Shown one piece after another: positions 35,372 to 43,399 of a stretch of DNA of 64,000 bases. The stretch's first letter is position 1. Each line of letters starts with the position of its first letter. Location of the stretch: IMG/VR virus record IMGVR_UViG_3300000956_000001, positions 18,630 through 82,629 of that record. One strand, written 5' to 3'. The notes beneath the pieces were generated by a model. That model was not told where the DNA came from, did no database searches, and saw only the letters and a program-made list of their open reading frames with translations. Source of the DNA: a virus. The position numbers and the translations under genes were made by a program.

Positions 35372-35788
35372 TCAGCCCGTGATGGTGTTGATGTCTTTGT
35401 TGCCCATCACGCGCACACTGCGTGCAAGGTCCGAAAGGAGCTGCTTGACCGTTGCGACCGGAAAGCCCTCATTGAACGGACTGTCCATCAATTTCCGATT
35501 GTCCGAGATGAACCATTCGTCCAACATGACCCCGTAATCCCAGAATGTCCGGTTATACACCGGGCCGCTCGAAGTGTGACCGTATGTCCGGCCGTAAGGG
35601 AACATGTAGAGAGTGTCCCTTTCGTCCGTAATGTACGTGAAGTCGCCGATCGTCACAAAAGCCCGATCGATGACAGTTTGCGAGTCACATCCCATTCCAG
35701 CCAGATTGGCCGCAATGTAGACTTCGTCCGCATAGTCACGCTTCATGGTGCTAAGTGCGCTATGCGTCGGGATGGTCGACTTGTCCAT
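35372..35788 (-). CDS. hypothetical protein (cassette F)
   Basis: AAAGGTGGGCAAA-ATG. Confidence 0.7.
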   Translation of the reverse strand: MDKSTIPTHSALSTMKRDYADEVYIAANLAGMGCDSQTVIDRAFVTIGDFTYITDERDTLYMFPYGRTYGHTSSGPVYNRTFWDYGVMLDEWFISDNRKLMDSPFNEGFPVATVKQLLSDLARSVRVMGNKDINTITG

Positions 35789-35964
35789 TTTGCCCACCTT
35801 TGATGATGTCTGATCTAGTTTGCCCGATCAGGCACCTAGTAGGGCGTTTGAACCATATAAGCCGTATGGGTAGTTTCGCGCTGAATGACCTATTAGTGGT
35901 CGAATGTCTGTATTACCTGTATTGCGTGTAATGCCAGTTTTTACCGTGATGTCCGACTAAGATG

Positions 35965-36321
35965 CTAGTCGACCCCGTTTTCCGATCCGTCGTAAACGCG
36001 CGAGATGTCCTGCATGTCCTCAATGGACTCGATGACCTGCATGCGTGCCATGTCGCGCTTGTTGGTTTTGATCCATTCCACGCAGTACTTCACGGTTTCG
36101 CCGTTGTCGACCCAGATTTCGTAAATGTCCGTTGCGAGTTGGTCTGGGTAGGCGATGGCGATTGCAGCCAAGAACGCCGCATGTGTCACCTTGTAGGCGT
36201 TTCCACCCGCAATGTCACCATCCGGGCTGAATGCCACAGATGAGTGGACCTGTCGCATAAGTTCCGCGAAGTCGGTCTTGCGCGTTTCGCCACCAATGAC
36301 CGGAATGTCCAGTTCTCGCAT
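35965..36321 (-). CDS. hypothetical protein (cassette G)
   Basis: AAGGTGGG RBS before MRELD. Confidence 0.7.
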   Translation of the reverse strand: MRELDIPVIGGETRKTDFAELMRQVHSSVAFSPDGDIAGGNAYKVTHAAFLAAIAIAYPDQLATDIYEIWVDNGETVKYCVEWIKTNKRDMARMQVIESIEDMQDISRVYDGSENGVD

Positions 36322-36570
36322 GATGCCCACCTTGTGTGTGATGTCCGAATTGCCAGTTTTAAGGCATTCGACCACTAATGGGCCATTCAGAGCGAAATGC
36401 CCCCTAACATTCCAGAATCACCCGCTTCGGCCCGTGTAGAGCCGTAATGTCTGTCCGGTCCCGAAATGAGGGGACCTAAGCACATTTGGGTGATTCTGGA
36501 TGCCTTGGGGGTAGTATGCGCTGAATGCCCTATTAGATGACGGTTGGGGTGGGTGAGTCCGTTTTGCCTG

Positions 36571-37065
36571 TTAGATGCCGTATCCGTTGTCTGTCGCGAT
36601 TGTGTCGATCAGTTCGACAAAGGTACAAAGCCCTTTTTGGTAGTTCTGGTACATCTTGCGGATTGCGTCACCGTTCGGACCGTCTTCGCCCGTTTTGCGC
36701 AACCAGAACCCAATTGCCATACGAACAGACCATTCGTACCAATAGTGCGAACTGTGCACATGGTCCGTGATGTCCGTCTGTTCCCACAATTCGTACATCT
36801 GGTCCCACTCGTTACCTTCGTCCCAGATTTCCTCGGATGAGACGTAAAGGGCCAATGCGCCCGTTTCGCACCAGATGTTGTACTGCTCCCGATCCATGAC
36901 GTTCTGGATGATTTTGCCCTCATCGCCCATATGCCAGACGGTTCGGGTGCCTTTGTCCAGAACGTAACGGAATGTCCCCAAGGGACCGTCTTGTCCGATT
37001 TGGCCCAGAATGACCAATTCCTTGACGAATGAGACGGGAGGAGTCATAAGACCCGTGTTGCCCAT
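36571..37065 (-). CDS. hypothetical protein (cassette I)
   Basis: AAAGGTGGGCAAA-ATG start MGNTG. Confidence 0.7.
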   Translation of the reverse strand: MGNTGLMTPPVSFVKELVILGQIGQDGPLGTFRYVLDKGTRTVWHMGDEGKIIQNVMDREQYNIWCETGALALYVSSEEIWDEGNEWDQMYELWEQTDITDHVHSSHYWYEWSVRMAIGFWLRKTGEDGPNGDAIRKMYQNYQKGLCTFVELIDTIATDNGYGI

Positions 37066-37216
37066 TTTGCCCACCTTTTCCCTACTAAGTGCGGTTTTGT
37101 CTAGATAAGTCCGTTTTGTACTCATCTACCCTAACCGTCACCTAATGAGGCATTCAGTGCATACCTACCGGTTCGTCATGATGTGCCCTATTAGGGCCTG
37201 GATGTCTGTTTTCGTG

Positions 37217-37606
37217 TCAGTTGTACTTTTCGTCCGTGACGTCGCAAATCAGCGGGTTCTCACCGTTCGTCCCGATTGCCCATACCTGAGCACGATACGG
37301 GTCAGTATTGGTGATTACGCGCCCGAATGTCGCATCTGACTTGTATTCGCCATACACGTGGATTTCGGTGACTTCGACCGTTTCGCACGTCTTGACCAGT
37401 TCTTCCAGTTTGTCCAAATTGACCGCTACGTACCCACATGCCCAGCATGACTGACACACCCGGATAAGTCCCATTGTGCCGGAAATGACTGGAATGCCCG
37501 CGAAGTCCGTTTTGAACTCTTCGAGGCAAAGGCCGCATTCGTCGTGGTAAGTCCGAATTCCGTCTTCCGCGTTGAAATCGACGGAAGTGACCGTAATGAC
37601 TGTCAT
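37217..37606 (-). CDS. zinc-binding hypothetical protein (cassette J)
   Basis: AAAGGTGGG RBS; CGLC...CQSC. Confidence 0.7.
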   Translation of the reverse strand: MTVITVTSVDFNAEDGIRTYHDECGLCLEEFKTDFAGIPVISGTMGLIRVCQSCWACGYVAVNLDKLEELVKTCETVEVTEIHVYGEYKSDATFGRVITNTDPYRAQVWAIGTNGENPLICDVTDEKYN

Positions 37607-38701
37607 GATAGCTGTGCCCACCTTTAGGTTGTTTTGCACTGGAATGTCGCTGATGTCCGTTTCGGTCTTTCACAAGATGGACATTCCAGGCCCTAATGGG
37701 GCACACCATGCCGAACCATCGGCAATCTATCCACTATGGACAAGTCAAACAACAATGTGACACAAGCCCCTAAAGGCGCCTAAACCGCATAATTGCAACT
37801 GATACACCCTTATATGGGGCAATTTCAGTCTAAAACGGACATTTCCCAGTTTTACCGTCTTTGCCCACTTTAGTACCGTCTACCCACCTTTGTCGCGTTT
37901 GCCCGTCTTTGGTGCCGTCTTGTCGTACTTGTCGGCTACGCGGCATCTGGGGGCCTTTGCCCGGGATGTCCGTTTCAGTGCGGTTTAGTTGTCAATCAAC
38001 CCGTGTCGCCAAGCGTGGCGCCTAGCGGCCGTGCTGTCGTGCGGGTGGTGCCCCACTAGCCTAGCACCCCCCTAGGCGCAGAGCTCGGACAAATCGGACT
38101 TATCACGATAAGAACGCCCGCCTGAAATGTCCGTTCTGGCCCACCTTGCCCCGGTATGACATCGGCCGAAAGTACGATATAGGTCTGACCGTTCGGGGGA
38201 TGGACGAACTAATGCGGCATCTCGGCTACGCCCGCCCATATCGGCCCAGAATCGGACATAAAGACGGCCGGATAAGTCACGATAAATCGTCTTAAAACGG
38301 ACAGGGACATATCACCTCAAACCGTCTCAAAACGGGCACGGACATACCGCCTGATAGCACCTCAAAACGGACGTGATGGCCCTAACCCCGGTTGACCTGC
38401 GAAAACGCCGTAGGATCGCCGTAGGGGCGCTAGAATTGGCCGATGCATACCCGTGCCCCCAACGGGCGTGTAGGCGCGTCAGCGGCGGCGCTAGGGGCCT
38501 TAAATGGCCGATTCCGCTAGCCCCCACGGGTGGGCGGGTAGGTGGGCAAACGGGGGTGTAGTAGGCCAGATGGGGCAGTGTCGTGATATATCATCTTAAA
38601 TCGGACATCTGACGATATAGCGCTGAATGGTACGAGATTGGGGGAAAGAGGGGAATGTCCGATTTATCATCTTATGTTGTAAGGGGGCGTAAGATAGGGG
38701 G

Positions 38702-38927
38702 CTATGCGCGCAAGTCCACTGTGGACAGATGGGATTCATGATCTTCTATATTCAAGATCATGAGAGCGTGACGATCTTGAATATAGAAGATCGTAAGAGT
38801 GTGACGATCTTCTATATTCAAGATCGTCTATCATCACTGATCTTAGATATTCAAGATCATGAGAGTGTGACGATCTTGAATATAGAAGATCATGAATGAG
38901 ATCTGTCCACTGTGGACTCACGCATAG
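38702..38927. repeat. palindromic array of five 20-bp sites GATCTT-N8-AAGATC at 33-bp period
   Basis: Units start at 38740, 38773, 38806, 38839 and 38872; flanked by GTCCACTGTGGAC (38714, 38905) and CTATGCG/CGCATAG. Confidence 0.92.
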
Positions 38928-39512
38928 ACGATCATGGATGGCTCAGCTACGGGCAAGTCGGACATTGGGGACTTAGGTGGAGATTGTGGGGGATAGGGTG
39001 ATATTGAGGTGAAAAGTCCTAGGTTTCGGGAATCTGGGGCTATTTGTGTATAAGGGGTATCTGGGGGACAAGTCGGAAATTACATATCATATGGCATATA
39101 TCGCTCTTTGTCGTTGATCTGGTAAATGTCCTGGTTTGGGTGAAAATGGCGTTTTCGGTAGACTTGTCGCTTGTGTGCAGAATGCCCGCATAAAGGCGAC
39201 ATATACGGTATATACGTCATGGGCCTTATATCGGACTTGTGCCCTATGACTGATAATGACCTTTTATTACACTTTGTCCGTTTAGGGCCCGGCTAGACTC
39301 GGACAAGTCGGACATGTCGCATATAGGCGCTCATCTGGGGCAAATGCGACAGGGGCGGGCAAAGGGTGCCGATAACTTATATTATCGGCAGACGGATATA
39401 TCGTGACAAAGTAGGACAAATCGGACTTGTCCACCATGCCCGAGTTGGGGGGTATGAGAAAATTGTCGGGGGGGTGCGCGCGAGCGCCCTCTGTGCCCTG
39501 TCGCTACTTATG

Positions 39513-39603
39513 AAATTTTTACGAGGGCATGATCAACATAAATCTGGCTATACCATCTGTCACCTCCCGATACACACAAAATTTTTACGAGGGCATGATC
39601 AAC
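39513..39603. repeat. 25-bp direct repeat AAATTTTTACGAGGGCATGATCAAC x2
   Basis: 39513-39537 and 39579-39603 (66-bp period). Confidence 0.85.
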
Positions 39604-39769
39604 TATACCTGTCAAATCTTTGTCCACCTGCCCAGAAGGCGAAACCAGCTCAGCCACCTAGGATTCGCACTGAAGTACGTAACGCCACGTAATGAGTAAC
39701 GGAGACGATAGGGGGTATCGGTGACGGTCCCATGATCGTTTGCCACGAAACCTAAATGGCCTGTGACCT

Positions 39770-40290
39770 GCATATATATAGGGTTTAGGGGTTTAGGGGG
39801 TTTTAATTTTAAAAATCTAATATACCTAGCTCTGACTTGGTTTTCGTCACTGTCCGTAGACGCTGGGTGGTGGGGGAGCATCTTGGGGTATAGACCCGTA
39901 TAAGATGGTTTGCCAATCTGGTTGGGTGTGGGGGCTTATAGGCGAAAAAAACCCCGGAACCCCTAAACCCCTATTTGATCTATGTTTTCGCAGGTCAAAA
40001 CCCCTCCCGAAACCTCCGCCGAAACCCCCCCCGAAACCCCCCTATGATCATCTAGACAGCGTCCCCGAAACCGATAACGTCCCCGAAACCCCTCGGCAAA
40101 CGGAAAAAACGGACAGAGCGATGGCCCGGTCCGTGAGATCTGCAGTGTCTCGCGCGGCCGGGCCATCGTCTGAAATATGTAGTTATCAGGGGTTGTGGGG
40201 ACGATCCCCGAAACCTACGAAACCTATCCTAGCACTACGGTTTCGGGGATTCGGGGGTTTTGGATTGCGTCCCCGAAACCCCCGTGATCG
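39770..40290. repeat. candidate replication origin: CCGAAACC/CCTAAACC iterons plus AT-rich tract
   Basis: About a dozen (C)CC(G/T)AAACC copies in both orientations; TTTTAATTTTAAAAATCTAATATA near 39801; downstream of the primase/helicase operon. Confidence 0.55.
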
Positions 40291-41011
40291 TTGCGTTGAC
40301 GTACTCGGGTACGTCGGGTCGGTAGGTGAGGTGCAGGAACCTGTAGAGTTTCAGGGGGGTATCCAGCTGAATATAGGGGGTTGACTCTTGGGTTGGAAGT
40401 ACTGGACGGTTCGTCTGATGGGTATAGACCGTCCAGGCAAACAAGAGTGGTTCGATCGCTGCGTACTGAGGAACCGACAGCTTCAGCTGGCTGTAGCGTG
40501 CAGTACGGGAGCTAACTGTCGGCTTCAGGCCCATTCTGACCAGGCGAAGCTGGGATGTTTCGTTCTGTGCATCACGTCTCGCACGCCTGCAAAGAGGTCC
40601 CTTGCAGCCCTGCCTGTAGGTGAGTGACGTGCCATGCGTGCTGCTGTAGTCGGGATCTGCCAGCTCTGAGGCAATCAGATCCAGAACGATGACGTGTCGT
40701 TCTGGAATATAGAACCCCAGTTTCGGTACCCTGACACAGCGTTCGTGTTCTGTGAAACGGATGCTGAGTTCGTTCGGTGCGAGCTTAAGCGTCCTAGGAA
40801 GCCGCTCTGCTTTTCCAAGAGGTGGTTGGATCACGAGCATCTCTCTCAGTGGAATTGATGAAAGACTGACTTGAGTAGTGACTGGCTTGTGGTTGTGACG
40901 CGCGCCAACTGAGTTAAGGTCGAAGTGCGGATTCGCGAGACTCGTGAAGTCAGTCATCTCGTCCATCGTGCCATACTCGGCCCGGTAGCCCTGCATGCCC
41001 TTACTCATCAC
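40235..41011 (-). CDS. hypothetical protein with HG..Y..GC..C motif
   Basis: 258 aa, coupled to the primase/helicase gene. Confidence 0.7.
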   Translation of the reverse strand: MMSKGMQGYRAEYGTMDEMTDFTSLANPHFDLNSVGARHNHKPVTTQVSLSSIPLREMLVIQPPLGKAERLPRTLKLAPNELSIRFTEHERCVRVPKLGFYIPERHVIVLDLIASELADPDYSSTHGTSLTYRQGCKGPLCRRARRDAQNETSQLRLVRMGLKPTVSSRTARYSQLKLSVPQYAAIEPLLFAWTVYTHQTNRPVLPTQESTPYIQLDTPLKLYRFLHLTYRPDVPEYVNATITGVSGTQSKTPESPKP

Positions 41012-42984
41012 GCACTCACCGCCACTCCCGGAGCAAGTGTATAGGCAGACGTCGGGCGGCCTCCGTTGGGTCCGGGCGGCACCTTCATCTCGATCAACAT
41101 CCCCAAAACTACAAGATTCTCGAGATTTTTGCGGAACTTCCCAATAGAACTGTTTTTGCGCTTCATTACCTTGTAAAGCTCGTTTGCGGTTGGTCCTCGG
41201 CCAGGTCCTGTCATTCTCATCACATGACGCAGAATCAGATCATTCTCGTCCGACTCCTGAGACGCTGCGATCTCGGTCTCGACGATTCCGTAGGTCTCAA
41301 TCACGTGCGGGAACAGGCTGAGAACGCGAATCACGATGTCAGCAGTGATGACGTCGCTGCCTTCGTTAATTGCGAAGAGCAAGAACAGCTTCTTCATCAT
41401 CAGATCGAGACGCTGTGTGATCGCTACGTCATTACGCTCACGCTGAGGTACGTACACTTTGTGAAAGAAGGTGTCCCATGCGTTCTCCCCGAGGCGCTCC
41501 CAGGTGACAACTTCGTGTGCGCGCGTCTTCATGTTGATCCCGGTCAGGATACTAGCCGCCCTGTCGAGATCAATTCGAGTGCGGTTAATGCTGAACGGCT
41601 TCTTTGGAGTGCCTGAAACGAATGCCCAGCGGTTGGCAAAGCCGCTATTGTCGTCCCCCTGGGTAATGAGCGTCCGAATCGACTTGAACTGCGTCGTAGT
41701 GATTGCGCTACCGAAGGGGCGCTCCGCACCGATGTTGCCGTGCGTCATCGACGTACTGGACAGCCAGCGCGGCGAATCGTACAGATCCATCAGTGTGGTC
41801 TTGAGTGTTGACCCTTGACGGTTGTTCTTGCCGATCAGGGTCGCAAGTTCCTCAAAGTCGACCAGTGCACGAATGAATGGCCAGCTACCGATAACCTTAC
41901 CGGTGCCAGGGTCCACCATATCGTGCTGGAACTGCTTGATGAGTACCTCGCCCGACTGGATGCCGTTAAGATACTGAGCACCGAACGGCGGCTGGTCGTC
42001 CCGCCTGTAGGGGAGCGCCTCGTGAATCAGGTTCGTCAGGTGTCGCTTCGACTTGGACTTGCCGGTACCGGTGCCGCCGACGAGGCAGACAAAGAGGTTA
42101 CCGGCAACCTGAGGACTATCTTCGAGGGTTCGCATCCCCCCAACGGCCAGTCCGAGACCGAGAAGGCCGTTCCAGAAGTGAAATTCTTCCGGACTGTCAT
42201 CCACACTTGTGGCGTCGAGATAAGTTCGGAGGAACGTATCCTCTGGAACAATATCCCGCCAGGCGATTCCTGGGTGCTGTCGGTTGGCGTTGAGGTCATT
42301 TGTGAGCTTCAGCTCCTCCGCTTCAGACCCTTCGGCCGTGTAGATGACGTTCTCGTTGTTGCTCTGGTCAGATCCGGGCTCCGTGACGGTTGTTACTGCA
42401 ATTGGCAGCTGTGGCGTCTGAACTACGAACGGATCGCCAGCAATGCCCTTTTCGATCCTAAGACCGAAGAAGTCGCCAATCGCCTCACGAAGAGCCCTGA
42501 AGCTGGCAGGATCGGCCTTATAGCCAGGCACCGGGTAGCCGAACCGCCACGCAGCGATATCCCAGATGTCTCCACCGCCACACTTGGCACAGTTGAAGAC
42601 GTTCTTCTCGGTGTTGAGCCAGCAGCTTGGGTCGTGGTCGGGGTGTGCAGGGTTCGGACACCGAACCTTGATGCTGTCTTTGCGGCCGCCGGGATTACAG
42701 TGGCCCTTGTCGGCCCACTGGTTGTAAGCGTCCACGATGCTGATCATCGCGATAAAGTCGTCCAGAACGCGCTGCTCTGGACTGATCTGCGAAACCTTGT
42801 CTTCTTCTTCGCTCATATCGGGAATGAACTCCCGATACTGAGCCATGAACATGTCGCCCTGCTGAGCTTCATATTCTTCATAGCCACGCTTCAAGCGCAG
42901 CTTGTACGCAAACGTCGTCTCGCCATCGAGCTGCTGCTGCTCAGCTTCCCATTCGGCGCGGGACTTGTGGTCCAACCATCCCAC
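41008..42984 (-). CDS. DNA primase zinc-finger / helicase (DUF3987-like P-loop) protein
   Basis: CHC2-type CP.P.H.D.DPSC.......FNC..CGGGD; GGTGTGKS Walker A, SGE.L, DFEE, SGF.NRW; C-terminal winged helix. Confidence 0.82.
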   Translation of the reverse strand: MGWLDHKSRAEWEAEQQQLDGETTFAYKLRLKRGYEEYEAQQGDMFMAQYREFIPDMSEEEDKVSQISPEQRVLDDFIAMISIVDAYNQWADKGHCNPGGRKDSIKVRCPNPAHPDHDPSCWLNTEKNVFNCAKCGGGDIWDIAAWRFGYPVPGYKADPASFRALREAIGDFFGLRIEKGIAGDPFVVQTPQLPIAVTTVTEPGSDQSNNENVIYTAEGSEAEELKLTNDLNANRQHPGIAWRDIVPEDTFLRTYLDATSVDDSPEEFHFWNGLLGLGLAVGGMRTLEDSPQVAGNLFVCLVGGTGTGKSKSKRHLTNLIHEALPYRRDDQPPFGAQYLNGIQSGEVLIKQFQHDMVDPGTGKVIGSWPFIRALVDFEELATLIGKNNRQGSTLKTTLMDLYDSPRWLSSTSMTHGNIGAERPFGSAITTTQFKSIRTLITQGDDNSGFANRWAFVSGTPKKPFSINRTRIDLDRAASILTGINMKTRAHEVVTWERLGENAWDTFFHKVYVPQRERNDVAITQRLDLMMKKLFLLFAINEGSDVITADIVIRVLSLFPHVIETYGIVETEIAASQESDENDLILRHVMRMTGPGRGPTANELYKVMKRKNSSIGKFRKNLENLVVLGMLIEMKVPPGPNGGRPTSAYTLAPGVAVSA

Positions 42985-43138
42985 CCATCTTCAGTTGTTG
43001 GTGCTATTCCTTAGCTCTTCGTACTTTTCAAGTATCTCAGCTAGCGTTTTAACAACTGTACCGTTACGGCTGTGCTTCTTGCCAGCTCGCTCGTCAAGTA
43101 TGTCGATGAGCTCTTGTGGGATATCTTCTGGACTCATC

Positions 43139-43393
43139 TTATCCCCAGGTGATACGAGTGCCCATTGCCCGGTGGCCGATCTTTTTACGGCCCTTGTGTG
43201 GGTTTCGAAGAATGGCGCCAAGCAAGATGACTGACTTGATCCGACCGTTGATCTTGCGCGTACTCCAGAGGAATCGACGGCACGGCTTCTTCTCTTCGGC
43301 AGTGCAGATCGGGCAGGCCTTGAAGACCTCCCAGCTTGGCTGCTCGAAGTCTGGTTTATTCTTGTAGCCAGGGAGTCGTCTAGTTGTTGCCAT
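43139..43393 (-). CDS. small zinc-binding protein
   Basis: CPIC.A....PC...PH.GR. Confidence 0.6.
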   Translation of the reverse strand: MATTRRLPGYKNKPDFEQPSWEVFKACPICTAEEKKPCRRFLWSTRKINGRIKSVILLGAILRNPHKGRKKIGHRAMGTRITWG

Positions 43394-43399
43394 TCCTCA

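Larger units (their letters stand above)
30196..37742. repeat. nested inverted-repeat cassette array (outer IR plus 10 inner IR pairs enclosing genes)
   Basis: Outer 30196-30216/37721-37742. Inner: A 30858-893/31206-241, B 31241-272/32037-068, C 32081-114/33449-483, D 33503-536/34034-067, E 34067-099/34878-910, F 34911-941/35827-857, G 35874-909/36362-397, H 36400-423/36488-511, I 36511-558/37120-168, J 37170-216/37671-717. Confidence 0.93.

Noticed and set aside
30858-37717. Cassettes as IS/MITE elements or classical integron attC cassettes
   Set aside because: No transposase, no target-site duplications, every IR pair is different, and the stems enclose the genes rather than forming short attC hairpins with GTTRRRY ends
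38740-38891. CRISPR array
   Set aside because: Spacers are only 13 bp and similar to each other, repeat cores alternate orientation, and there are no cas genes
39905-40384. 159-aa Pro/Lys-repeat ORF (and the 38736-38921 repeat ORF)
   Set aside because: Translation artefacts of the DNA repeats; wrong strand context or no RBS
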